Shown here piece by piece: positions 17,655 through 26,980 of a stretch of DNA of 64,000 nucleotides. This DNA is from Minisyncoccota bacterium (GTDB taxonomy: Bacteria; Patescibacteriota; Microgenomatia; PFEM01; JAFGMK01), in contig JAFGMK010000008.1 of the NCBI GenBank assembly GCA_016927565.1, forward strand, positions 1,115 to 65,114, in the 5' to 3' direction. The position numbers were made by a program, and so were the translations under genes. Each line of letters begins with the position of its first letter. Positions within the stretch are counted from its first letter, which is position 1. A model generated the notes under the pieces. The model did no database searches. It was not told where the DNA came from and saw nothing but the letters and a program-made list of their open reading frames with translations.

Positions 17655-19226
17655 TTATTTTTTAGGTTTCTTGTAGGTAATCTGGTCTGACCACCAGCCG
17701 GGAATAGCTGCAAGCAGTACTCTATCGGGATCGTTTTTGATTTCTCCGGCATAAGTTAGAGAGTAAAGTCTGACAGCGGATTTAATCTCGACGGCCCCTC
17801 CGCTTTGTTGGATTGATTGACCCAATGTAATGATATTCGGTTTTGCTAGCTGTCCTGCGTCAGTGAGGCTGTAACCGGCAACATGTCCTAATTCATTGGG
17901 CCAAACAGTGTGGTAATGGTCGGCTAAGCCAATCCCAAGGGAAAACGGTTTTATTACCTGAGGCAAACCCCGGCCATGAAGGAGTCGCTGGTACTCTGTT
18001 GTAGCGAGGCTTTCATTTCTGGAGGCAAAATCCGGGTTGGAAAAATCAACTGCAACGAAAAAATCATGATTTATTATTTGGTCGGCCCAAGATCCCAAGA
18101 TTGATGACGGCATTGCTCCGGCAGTGTAGGTGCTCATTCCTAAACGCCGGCATTTTCCGGGATCAAAATCATCCCCAAAAACTGCTTTCATTTCGGCTAT
18201 TTCTTTATCGGCAATAGGTCTGGTGACATCGCTTTGGGTGAAACAGGTTAACCGGCTGATTTCCGGATGTTTTTTGGCCAGAGCAGCAAATCTTGACTTT
18301 CCGCCAACGATTTGGCCTTCGTTATATTCGCGGACAACAAAGCGGGTGTTTCTGAGCAGTTCTGCCTGATCTTCCGGGGGCAAATCCCAGATTCTTTTGA
18401 GGATTAATTCAGTCATATTGCCGACACCGCCGGCCGCATCTTCTACCAGGATAGGGATTTCCGGATCTTTCCTGGCAGAGGATCTGATCTGCTCGATCAT
18501 CATATCAGCCGTTTGCCGCCGGCCGATCTGATCCTGGGATACCCAGGGAGCGTCTGGTTCGAGGGTTTTTCGATCTGCGGTAATTAGCGGGTATAATCCG
18601 GCTAATTTACCATCAACTATTGGTAAAGCAGGCTGGAGCTTGTGCCCGGAATCAGGCGTGTGTTTCTCTAAAATTTTATCCAATCCTTCAGAATCAGCCA
18701 GGCTTTCGGGTACTCTCCCGGTGGCTTGGGCGTGAAAAGCGGGATAGCTTGGACCAAGAATGGCGTAGATATTCATCGGTGGCCAGAGGCGGGCGAACAT
18801 CAAGTGGCTGAGTTCAATTCCGGCCGGGCTGCCGTGAGGAAGACAAAGATTTTTATTCCCAGGTTGCCGGCTGAGATACTGCATTGTGGCGAGTATTATT
18901 CTTTTTTGAACAACAAAAGCAGGATTGTCAACCGATGCTTTTCTCACTGCTTGAAGAAATGGAGTTTGAAGGAGTGCTTGTGCCTGTGTGCCGATTTGTT
19001 CACCCGTAACTTCTTGTTGTCTTAATTCTGGCGGGATTTCGGCCGAAAGTCCTTCAATTCCATCCGGTGCCGGCGGCCGATCGCGTCTTAAAACCTGAAG
19101 TCTGCTTCTGGGGTTGGGAAAAAGGCTTTCCGGCGGAACGCGGTCGACTACTTTTAGTTCATCCGAGCAGATTGTTGGTTCCGCTAATTTGTCTGGGTGT
19201 TGGGAAGCTTCGGTTAGTTCTGCCAT
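17655..19226 (-). CDS. hypothetical protein (possible Rossmann/SAM-methyltransferase-like core)
   Basis: 523-aa GC-rich ORF. 'ILVEDAAGGVGNMTELIL' resembles a glycine-rich nucleotide/SAM-binding loop. No firm family assignment. Confidence 0.45.
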   Translation of the reverse strand: MAELTEASQHPDKLAEPTICSDELKVVDRVPPESLFPNPRSRLQVLRRDRPPAPDGIEGLSAEIPPELRQQEVTGEQIGTQAQALLQTPFLQAVRKASVDNPAFVVQKRIILATMQYLSRQPGNKNLCLPHGSPAGIELSHLMFARLWPPMNIYAILGPSYPAFHAQATGRVPESLADSEGLDKILEKHTPDSGHKLQPALPIVDGKLAGLYPLITADRKTLEPDAPWVSQDQIGRRQTADMMIEQIRSSARKDPEIPILVEDAAGGVGNMTELILKRIWDLPPEDQAELLRNTRFVVREYNEGQIVGGKSRFAALAKKHPEISRLTCFTQSDVTRPIADKEIAEMKAVFGDDFDPGKCRRLGMSTYTAGAMPSSILGSWADQIINHDFFVAVDFSNPDFASRNESLATTEYQRLLHGRGLPQVIKPFSLGIGLADHYHTVWPNELGHVAGYSLTDAGQLAKPNIITLGQSIQQSGGAVEIKSAVRLYSLTYAGEIKNDPDRVLLAAIPGWWSDQITYKKPKK

Positions 19227-19316
19227 TTTAGTCTAGACTAATATAAGCACCTTTTTGGCTGATTGGCAATAGTTTAAGCAACTCGGCTTTTTGACTTTCT
19301 GACTGGCGGTCTTTTT

Positions 19317-20087
19317 TTATTTTTTAGGCAGGAGGGGAATAAGCAAACTGGTCTTTCTTTTGTACTCCTGATATTTTTGATTGGTGGCGTATCTTGAGTT
19401 ATATCTTTTCTCGAGCGGGGGAATGCCGCTGACAAATAAAAGTATAAAGGTAATAAAAATCGGGCTAATGATCGTTAACCAAGCTGGGCCTTGAATGAAG
19501 GTTAAAGAGAAAATGAAAATTCCCCACCAGCAAAGCATTTCTCCAAAATAATTCGGATGGCGGGAATATTTCCATAGCCCGTTCCCGATCCATTTTCCTT
19601 GATTTTCCGGTTTATTTTTGAAAACAAACTTCTGTTGGTCAGCCGCTGTTTCAATTGTCAGGCCGATCGCCCAAATGACTATTCCCGAAACCATCAGGAA
19701 AGAAAGGGCCCGGTCTTCAGGCTGGTTCAGAAGGTGAATGCCGGGCAACATAATTGTCCAAACAGCCAAAGCCTGGAAAAGCCAAAATTTTAAAAAATCC
19801 AGCGGCTTTTCTCTGATCTTGTCAAAGCGGCTGTCTTTCTTAATCTTTAAGATCCGGGAAAAAAGATAGCCTATTAACCTGATTCCCCAGAGAACGATCA
19901 TCAAGGCCAAAATTAATTGGTAAAGGTAAAAGGTCTGATTGCGGAAAAGCAAAAAAAAGGTTAGAGAAATAAAAGTCAAGCCATAAGTGAAATCGGTCAG
20001 TTTGTCGGTTTTAAAAAGACTGGCAAAAGTAAAGAATCCCAAATTAATGGCCAAACTGATCAGGAAAGTAAAAAAGTAGATATTCAT
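19317..20087 (-). CDS. DUF1295/ICMT-like membrane methyltransferase-family protein
   Basis: 256 aa, multi-TM. 'YSRHPNYFGEMLCWWG' motif of the steroid-reductase/ICMT/DUF1295 superfamily. Confidence 0.55.
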   Translation of the reverse strand: MNIYFFTFLISLAINLGFFTFASLFKTDKLTDFTYGLTFISLTFFLLFRNQTFYLYQLILALMIVLWGIRLIGYLFSRILKIKKDSRFDKIREKPLDFLKFWLFQALAVWTIMLPGIHLLNQPEDRALSFLMVSGIVIWAIGLTIETAADQQKFVFKNKPENQGKWIGNGLWKYSRHPNYFGEMLCWWGIFIFSLTFIQGPAWLTIISPIFITFILLFVSGIPPLEKRYNSRYATNQKYQEYKRKTSLLIPLLPKK

Positions 20088-20219
20088 AAAATCAACTCCC
20101 CTAAAAGTATTATAACTTTTTAGAAAGATATTAAAAAGATAAATAATCAGCTGGGTTCATTTTTTGCCAAAAAACTAAAAGACCAATTCCCATAAGATAT
20201 CTTTATTTATTGTCTCTGA

Positions 20220-20237
20220 CTGTAAGCTGGCTTACAG
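20220..20237. promoter_or_regulatory. perfect palindrome CTGTAAGC-TG-GCTTACAG (CRP/FNR-like 5-N6-5 geometry TGTAA-N6-TTACA), 38 nt upstream of the ABC ATPase start
   Basis: Read directly from the sequence. Geometry equals the CRP family site TGTGA-N6-TCACA. A Crp/Fnr regulator gene lies at the operon end. Confidence 0.4.
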
Positions 20238-20275
20238 CTTTGCTGCCGGGTAATGATTAAGATATTTTTTAAAGG

Positions 20276-20965
20276 ATGAAAATGAAACCAAAGAAAATAA
20301 TTCAACTTAATCAAATAACTAGAGAATATCAACTTGACGGGGTGGTTGTTCCGGCTTTAAAAGATATTAATCTCGAAATAAACGAAGGAGATTTTTTAGC
20401 TATTGTTGGTCCGTCAGGATCAGGCAAGTCAACTCTGCTTCACATTTTAGGACTGCTCGATCGTCACAGCCGGGGCGATTTTTTGTTTTTAAATAAAAAC
20501 ATTAGTTTATTAACGGATGATCAATTAGCTGATCTTCGCAATCGGGCAATTGGCTTTGTTTTTCAACAATTTAATCTTCTTCCCCGGACCGGGGCTTTAG
20601 AAAACGTTTTGCTGCCAACTCTTTATGGAGATAATAATCCTGAAGAAGCTAGACAAAGAGCCGTTAGACTGCTTGAAGATTTGGGTTTAGGAAAAAAATT
20701 AAATAACTATTCCAATCAGCTTTCCGGTGGTCAGCAGCAACGGGTGGCTGTGGCCCGGGCTTTAATTAACCGGCCGAAGATAATTTTTGCGGATGAACCC
20801 ACTGGGAATCTAGACACTCAGTCCGGAAAAGAAGTTTTTTCTATTTTAAAAAACCTTAATTTGGAAGGGAAGACAATTATCCTGGTTACTCATGATTCTG
20901 ACTTGGCCCGGCAAACCAGCCGCCAGGTTTATCTTCAGGACGGGAAGATTACAAAAATCAACTAA
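20276..20965 (+). CDS. ABC transporter ATP-binding protein (MacB/LolD-type)
   Basis: 229 aa. Walker A 'GPSGSGKST', signature 'LSGGQQQRVAVARAL', Walker B 'IIFADEPTGNLD'. Confidence 0.8.
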   Translation: MKMKPKKIIQLNQITREYQLDGVVVPALKDINLEINEGDFLAIVGPSGSGKSTLLHILGLLDRHSRGDFLFLNKNISLLTDDQLADLRNRAIGFVFQQFNLLPRTGALENVLLPTLYGDNNPEEARQRAVRLLEDLGLGKKLNNYSNQLSGGQQQRVAVARALINRPKIIFADEPTGNLDTQSGKEVFSILKNLNLEGKTIILVTHDSDLARQTSRQVYLQDGKITKIN

Positions 20966-21005
20966 AAGAATAAAGGAGACTGTTGAATAAAAAGAGATTT
21001 TAACT

Positions 21006-22220
21006 ATGAAAATTAAATGGTCCCGGATTTATCAAAGTGCTTTTTTTTCCATCTCTAGGAATAAAACCCGCTCATTTTTAACCATTCTGGGAGTGGTCAT
21101 TGGTGTTTTTGCCGTCGTTGTTCTAACTGCTATTGGCGGAGGGATTCGGAAGTTTATTGCCGATCAGTTTGACAGTTTGGGGGCCAACACTATTTATGTC
21201 TCCCCCGGGGAAGTGTTGGGAGAAGATGGCGGTTTCAGCCGGCAGGCGCAAGCTGTTTCAAACAGCCAGTTGAAAGAAAGCGATATTTCTTTAATTTTAC
21301 GAATCGGAGTACCAATAAAAGCCGCCATTCCTCTTTTTCAGGGTCAGGGAAAGGTGGCCGCTAATGGCGAGCAAAAAACAGTGAGCATTATTGGCACTTT
21401 GCCGGACTATTCTTCGGTCAGAAACACTGATACTGCTAGTGGCCGTTTTTTTACCAAAACTGATCAGTCAGCCGCTAAAAAGGTAGTTGTTTTGGGGCCA
21501 AAAGTGGCTGAGGAAATTTTTCCTGACCAGGAATCAGTCGGTCAAAAGGTAACTTTAAACGGGATTCGTTTTACGGTTATTGGGGTGGTAGAGAAAAAGG
21601 GTGGCGGTGGTTTTGGCGGACCCGACATTGACAGCCAGGTTTACCTGCCGGCTTCAACTGCTCAAAATCTTTTGGAACTGGAAAATCTAAGCACAATTCT
21701 CGTTCAGGTCGATGCCCAAGAGAATATTCCCCAAGCCAAGGAAAAACTGAGAAACGCTCTGCTAAAAAGGTTGGATGAAGATGATTTTTCTGTTTTTGAT
21801 CAAGGCGAGCTGCTTTCGACCATTGACCAGATTTTTCAAACAGTAACAATTGCTCTGCTGGGAATCGCGGCCATCTCTCTTTTGGTAGGCGGAATTGGAA
21901 TTATGAATGTGATGCTGGCAACTGTCACCGAAAGAACCAGGGAAATTGGCTTGCGGAAGGCTGTCGGTGCCAAAGAAAAAATTATCCTGATTCAGTTCTT
22001 AGTCGAGGCGTCTGCCTTAAGTTTGTTTGGGGGTGTTTTGGGAATTGGCCTAGGGTTGGGTCTGGCTTTAATTGTAGGAAATTTTTTCCCAATTGCCGTT
22101 AATCCGGCTTCAGTAATAATCGCTTTTGTGGTCTCAGTCCTGACTGGAGTAATTTTTGGAGTTTGGCCGGCCCGTCGGGCGGCTCGGCTTCCGCCGGTTG
22201 AAGCCCTAAGATATCAATAG
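21006..22220 (+). CDS. ABC transporter permease (FtsX/MacB-like)
   Basis: 404 aa. N-terminal TM, large periplasmic domain, and C-terminal 3-TM FtsX-like core containing 'ERTREIGLRKAVGA'. Confidence 0.75.
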   Translation: MKIKWSRIYQSAFFSISRNKTRSFLTILGVVIGVFAVVVLTAIGGGIRKFIADQFDSLGANTIYVSPGEVLGEDGGFSRQAQAVSNSQLKESDISLILRIGVPIKAAIPLFQGQGKVAANGEQKTVSIIGTLPDYSSVRNTDTASGRFFTKTDQSAAKKVVVLGPKVAEEIFPDQESVGQKVTLNGIRFTVIGVVEKKGGGGFGGPDIDSQVYLPASTAQNLLELENLSTILVQVDAQENIPQAKEKLRNALLKRLDEDDFSVFDQGELLSTIDQIFQTVTIALLGIAAISLLVGGIGIMNVMLATVTERTREIGLRKAVGAKEKIILIQFLVEASALSLFGGVLGIGLGLGLALIVGNFFPIAVNPASVIIAFVVSVLTGVIFGVWPARRAARLPPVEALRYQ

Positions 22221-22282
22221 ATCCTCCGAGAGATCTAAATTAAACTGAAAATTGGCTATCCTCTTTCATTTGGAATTGATCT

Positions 22283-22963
22283 TCATAAAATCGTCGGCAG
22301 AGATCTTGTTTGGTCAAAAATCAATGATTCTTCTTTAAGCTTTTCAATGTTCAGAACGGTGACTGTTTTTTGCTTATAGTCAATAATTTTTTTATCGGCT
22401 AATCTCTTCATCAACGAGCTCGTTGTCTCCCGGGTTAAGCCGTTCAGATGAGCCAAGTCCTGATGGCTAAGCGGAAGACAAATCTTGAAACTCCCCGAAC
22501 CAACCTCCTGGCCAAAACGCTTGGCTAAAATTATCAGGTGGGAGGCTAATTTATTTTTTGCTTTGCCGAAAACTAAATATTCGATCCGGTTAAGCAAGCC
22601 ATTGATGCCGGTTAACATTCGGCGGTTAAGGTCAAAGAAAATACCCGGCTCCTTTTTTAGGAAAAGAAGCACCTCTTCTTTTGGGGCGCGGTAGGTAACT
22701 GTTGGGGTAAAGCTCTCAAAAAAGAAATGATTAGTTTCATCGCTCAAAGCCCAAATCATAGAAAAAAAAGAGCCCGGCTTAAAGAGATTGAGAGTCAATT
22801 CTTGGCCTTGAGCTGAAGAGGTAAAAAGCCGGACATAACCCTTTTTCAAAAAGTAAATCCCGGCCGGGGGTTGATCTGGTTGAATGATTGTTTGATACTT
22901 TAAAAATGTTTTTTTTGGGAAACGGCCGAAAAAGCGGTTAAGTTTGGCAGGAATTGAGTCCAT
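22283..22963 (-). CDS. Crp/Fnr-family transcriptional regulator
   Basis: 226 aa. N-terminal cNMP-binding-like beta-roll region. C-terminal HTH 'QDLAHLNGLTRETTSSLMKRL'. Confidence 0.65.
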   Translation of the reverse strand: MDSIPAKLNRFFGRFPKKTFLKYQTIIQPDQPPAGIYFLKKGYVRLFTSSAQGQELTLNLFKPGSFFSMIWALSDETNHFFFESFTPTVTYRAPKEEVLLFLKKEPGIFFDLNRRMLTGINGLLNRIEYLVFGKAKNKLASHLIILAKRFGQEVGSGSFKICLPLSHQDLAHLNGLTRETTSSLMKRLADKKIIDYKQKTVTVLNIEKLKEESLIFDQTRSLPTIL

Positions 22964-23081
22964 AAACTAAGTATACCATGATCATCAGCTAATAAGGATT
23001 AATGTATAAGTCACCCACTTTCCGGAAGTTTGGCTTCAATGAAAGCCATTGGTTACAAGTACCCCAAAGAGCTGTGTGGTC

Positions 23082-23580
23082 TCAATATAAATACTTGTCT
23101 AGTTTAACTTGAAAAGCTTTTAAATCATAGTAGATCTCATCGTTTCTTTTAATAAATTCTTCCTGGATAGTTCGGTTAAATCTCTCGATAAAGGCATTAA
23201 CTTTAACCAGTCGAGGATAGATAAACTTATGCTTGATCTTTTCTTCTTTTGATAATTTTGCCAATGGTGGTTAATTCAATGGTGGGTAGCCCCAGCCTCT
23301 TAGCATAAGCATCAAGAAAGGGCTTGATGATGTTTTTTCCGACATTGCCGTATTCCTTTCTCATCTGTTTGATAAACTCGACTAAGCGCCAATCTGTTTG
23401 CATCCTCCGAACATGCTCTGGTCGGGTTGACCTGGGAACCAAGCTGAAAGTCTTTTTTCCTGATTTTTCATACCTTTTCTTCCAGTCATAAAAAGTGCTT
23501 TTTTTGACCCGGAAAGCATCCAGGGTAGAGGCCAGGCCATATTTATAGTAGTGATCGAACATGGAGTCTGAAACGAGCAA
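23082..23580 (-). pseudogene. IS481/IS3-like DDE transposase remnant (N-terminal HTH part plus C-terminal tail; catalytic core deleted)
   Basis: 117-aa ORF with 'KSTFYDWKKRYEKSGKK' (transposase HTH helper pattern). Downstream 60-aa ORF has 'ERFNRTIQEEF', the hallmark C-terminal motif of rve integrase cores. The DDE region between them is missing. Confidence 0.5.
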
Positions 23581-23823
23581 TATCTGATGACTCTAAAGGG
23601 AATGAGTTTTGAATAGTCTTTATGAGCTGAAGATAATCTCTTCGGCTCCATTTGGGAAGACGATATATATCCCGATGAGCATCGCTGGGCATCCAGAATT
23701 TCCTCTCTCTAAACAACTTAAGATTCCGGAATGTATCGCGACTTATTCATTAATTAAATATCTTGAACCGAATATACCATGCTTTTTTTCTGAACTTAAT
23801 TCTGCTATGATTAATCACAGAAG

Positions 23824-24219
23824 ATGCAAAGCAGTCAATGGTATCAGCAACTGATCAGGCCCTCATGGTCACCGCCCAGTTGGCTTTTTGGTCCGGTTTG
23901 GACCTTTTTGTATATTCTAATCGGTATTTCTTTTTTTAGAGTGTTTCAGTTTGCTTTTCAAAAAAAGATTTCCTTTTTCGTTGCTCTTCCCTTTATCCTT
24001 AATCTTGTCTTTAATTTTGCCTTTACTCCTTTGCAGTTTGGGTTGAGAAACAATCTTCTGGCGGCGATTGACATTCTTCTTGTTTTGGCGACTCTTATTT
24101 GGGCAATGATTGCCATTTATCCCCAGCAAAGATGGCTTTCATTTATCCAAATACCCTATTTATTGTGGGTAAGCTTCGCCACGGTTTTGCAGTTAACCAT
24201 TACTTATTTAAACTGGTAA
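23824..24219 (+). CDS. tspO: TspO/MBR (tryptophan-rich sensory protein) family membrane protein
   Basis: 131 aa. 'WYQQLIRPSWSPPSWLFGPVWTFLYILIG' matches the W-rich TspO N-terminal signature. Shorter than typical TspO. Confidence 0.55.
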   Translation: MQSSQWYQQLIRPSWSPPSWLFGPVWTFLYILIGISFFRVFQFAFQKKISFFVALPFILNLVFNFAFTPLQFGLRNNLLAAIDILLVLATLIWAMIAIYPQQRWLSFIQIPYLLWVSFATVLQLTITYLNW

Positions 24220-24220
24220 G

Positions 24221-24619
24221 ATGTTTTTAAAACTCTACCTTATTACTTTGCCTGTTTTTTTAGCGGTTGATCTGGTTTGGCTGGGACTGATTGCCAAAAA
24301 TTTTTATAGCAAGCAGATTGGCTTTTTAATGAAAGCCAAGCCAGATTTGACGGCGGCGCTTCTTTTTTATCTTTTATTTATCATTGGTTTGGTAATTTTT
24401 GTTCTCATTCCCTCTCTTGAAAAAAAATCATGGGTACAAGCTCTGCTTTATGGCGCCTTATTCGGCTTGATCTCCTATGCTACCTACGATCTCACAAATT
24501 TAGCGACAATCAAAGATTGGCCGCTTTTGATTACCATTGTTGATCTGATTTGGGGAACAGTTTTGGGGGCCTCAGTTTCTTTAATTAGCTATCTGATATC
24601 TACTAAAATATTCCGCTAA
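24221..24619 (+). CDS. hypothetical membrane protein (4 TM)
   Basis: 132 aa, hydrophobic. Abuts the TspO-like gene. Confidence 0.45.
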   Translation: MFLKLYLITLPVFLAVDLVWLGLIAKNFYSKQIGFLMKAKPDLTAALLFYLLFIIGLVIFVLIPSLEKKSWVQALLYGALFGLISYATYDLTNLATIKDWPLLITIVDLIWGTVLGASVSLISYLISTKIFR

Positions 24620-24645
24620 TTCAATCTGTTAATACTTCCCGGGAG

Positions 24646-25161
24646 ATGAAAAAGATAATCGTTGTTAATGATAAGATGCAGCGGGATTATTGTTACCAAT
24701 TAGTCGAGCCGATTGGCAAAAACTTTGATTTTGATTTTAAGCCGCAGCTGACTCCCAGACAAATGTTGTCCTTGGGCGTTTTCGGCGGCCGCTATCTGCG
24801 TGATTGTGCCCGAGAGTTTCCCCGGGATTGGTTCCTGGGAGCCAAGTTCCATCCTCAGGGAAGGCCGGGTCACAGCCCGGAACTTAATTTTTTTAAAGTT
24901 GACGCCTCTTTACCCTTATCGGTTTGGGTTAAAAAAGGCTGGATTTATTATCAAGACCCCAGAGGCTGGTTTCAGTGGTATTGTCGTTATTTCATGGGCC
25001 GAAGAATTCCTGAAGAAGACAAGAGACAAATAAAAAGATGGCGGGCAGTCCGCCGCCACCTGGGGGCAATTAAGAAAAATTGTCAACCGGGCGATTTAAG
25101 TTGTCGACCGAAACAAAGGCAGGTTTTGCTTCACTGGGCCTATGACAGTCGCCAAATCTGA
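24646..25161 (+). CDS. hypothetical protein (Trp/Arg-rich, conserved-looking)
   Basis: 171-aa ORF followed by a strong terminator. Confidence 0.45.
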   Translation: MKKIIVVNDKMQRDYCYQLVEPIGKNFDFDFKPQLTPRQMLSLGVFGGRYLRDCAREFPRDWFLGAKFHPQGRPGHSPELNFFKVDASLPLSVWVKKGWIYYQDPRGWFQWYCRYFMGRRIPEEDKRQIKRWRAVRRHLGAIKKNCQPGDLSCRPKQRQVLLHWAYDSRQI

Positions 25162-25168
25162 AAATAAA

Positions 25169-25208
25169 AAAACCAAGGCCCCCTAAAGTCTGGGCCCTGG
25201 TTTTTATT
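25169..25208. terminator. bidirectional rho-independent terminator
   Basis: 11-bp stem AACCAAGGCCC / GGGCCCTGGTT (1 mismatch), loop CCTAAAGTCT. Flanked by an A-run upstream and T-run downstream. Sits between convergent genes. Confidence 0.55.
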
Positions 25209-25222
25209 AATCTCCTGAAGGG

Positions 25223-25828
25223 CTAGGACGGTAACAAGACGGCGTCAATCACATGGATTAAGCCGTTTCCGGCCTCAATGTCGGGTTGGACAACTGTCGA
25301 GTCATTAATCGTTACCTTGCCATTTTCAACCTTGATCTTAACTTCTTGACCATTTAAGGTTTTGGCTGAGGTTAAATTAACAACCTGGTTTGAATCTACC
25401 CTGCCGTCAAAGACATGATAGGTCAAGATTGAAGCCAGCTTTTCTGTGTCCTTAAGCAGTGATTCTACTGTCCCTTCCGGTAACTTGGCAAAAGCCTCGT
25501 CAGTCGGAGCCAGAACCGTAAACGGTCCGCCTTCGGCTAAGGTTTTTTCCAAGCCGGCTGCCTGAACCGCGGCAATCAGAGTCTTAAATGAGCCGGCCTC
25601 AATTGCAGTAGTGACGATGTTTTTATCTTTTCCTTCCATTTCCATTTCCATTTCCTCCTTTCCGGAGTCTGAAGATTCCTGATAACTGATTTTGTTGTTT
25701 TCGTCGGTAATAATTTGATTAACTGGATTCATTGTTTTGAAGAGAAAAAATCCTCCTAAAGCAAGAATACCGATCAAGGCAATCCCGACAAAAATCACGG
25801 AATTATTAATTTTACTTTTTTCATTCAT
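25223..25828 (-). CDS. fasciclin (FAS1) domain protein with N-terminal membrane anchor
   Basis: 201 aa. 'TVLAPTDEAFAKLPEGT...LTYHV' FAS1 signature. Confidence 0.65.
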   Translation of the reverse strand: MNEKSKINNSVIFVGIALIGILALGGFFLFKTMNPVNQIITDENNKISYQESSDSGKEEMEMEMEGKDKNIVTTAIEAGSFKTLIAAVQAAGLEKTLAEGGPFTVLAPTDEAFAKLPEGTVESLLKDTEKLASILTYHVFDGRVDSNQVVNLTSAKTLNGQEVKIKVENGKVTINDSTVVQPDIEAGNGLIHVIDAVLLPS

Positions 25829-26018
25829 TTTTTTTCACCTCCTTTCATTTTTTTAATCTAAAAAAATATTACTTTTTAAAAGTTAGGGAAGCTGTAAGAA
25901 TGATTACAATAATAGTTAATAGGAGGCGGTTCTGTTCGATATGCCTTGAGATAATCCCTCCAAGTGTGAGATAATAAACGACTATTCCATTTTTACTGAT
26001 TCATCAGCTTAAAAAAAT

Positions 26019-26954
26019 ATGAACAAACTAATTGTTGTCGCTCTTGGAGGCAATGCCATTAAGAGTGCGAAGCAAAAAGGCACCAATCAAGAACAATTCT
26101 TCAATGTCAGTAAAACCACCGAACACTTGGCAAAGTTGGTAAAGGAAGGATACCGGTTAGTTATCACTCATGGCAATGGTCCTCAGGTGGGAAATTTACT
26201 TATCCAGCATGATGCCGCCAAAGATAAAGTACCGGCGTTGCCGATGGATGTTTGCGGTGCTCAGAGTCAGGGACAAATTGGCTATATGATTTCCCAAACC
26301 TTGGGCAACCATCTGAAAAAATTGGCCGTAAATAATCCGGTTGCTGCTGTTGTCACCCAGGTTGAAGTCGATAAGAATGATCCGGCTTTTGGCAATCCCA
26401 CCAAGCCGGTAGGTCCTTTTTATGACAGAAAAAACGGCCAAAAGCTTAAAACCAGGGGTTTTACCGTTATTGAGGATGCCGGCCGGGGCTACCGTCGGGT
26501 TGTTCCCTCTCCGCAACCCAAGCGCATTGTTGAAATAGATGCTATTAAATGTTTAGTAAAATCAGGAGCGGTTGTAATTGCCTCCGGAGGCGGAGGGGTG
26601 CCGGTAATTAAGAGAGAAGGGGAATATCAGGGCACAGAAGCGGTTATTGATAAAGATTTGGCCGGTGAGTTGCTGGCCGAAGAATTGAAGGCCTGTCTCT
26701 ACATTATTCTGACTGATGTAGAAAAAGTATCTTTAAATTTCAATACTGAAAATCAGCAGGACTTAAGTGAACTTACTTTGGCCGAGGCAGAAAAATACCA
26801 ACAGGAAGGACACTTTGCGCCCGGCTCTATGGCTCCGAAAGTTAGAGCAGCGACCAGATTTGTTTCAAATACGAATAATCCGGTCCTGATCACTCATCCG
26901 TTTAAAATTTCAGATGCGCTCAATGGCAAAACAGGCACCAGAGTTATTAAATAA
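26019..26954 (+). CDS. arcC: carbamate kinase
   Basis: 311 aa. 'LIVVALGGNAI' and 'ITHGNGPQVGNLL' amino-acid-kinase family motifs. Length and layout match carbamate kinase. Confidence 0.8.
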   Translation: MNKLIVVALGGNAIKSAKQKGTNQEQFFNVSKTTEHLAKLVKEGYRLVITHGNGPQVGNLLIQHDAAKDKVPALPMDVCGAQSQGQIGYMISQTLGNHLKKLAVNNPVAAVVTQVEVDKNDPAFGNPTKPVGPFYDRKNGQKLKTRGFTVIEDAGRGYRRVVPSPQPKRIVEIDAIKCLVKSGAVVIASGGGGVPVIKREGEYQGTEAVIDKDLAGELLAEELKACLYIILTDVEKVSLNFNTENQQDLSELTLAEAEKYQQEGHFAPGSMAPKVRAATRFVSNTNNPVLITHPFKISDALNGKTGTRVIK

Positions 26955-26980
26955 AAAAAATAACAAAAAAAGGAGGATTT

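Noticed and set aside
23609-23854. 81-aa plus-strand ORF between the transposase remnant and TspO
   Set aside because: No RBS, no motifs, low-complexity. It lies in a region that is more likely the decayed end of the IS element.
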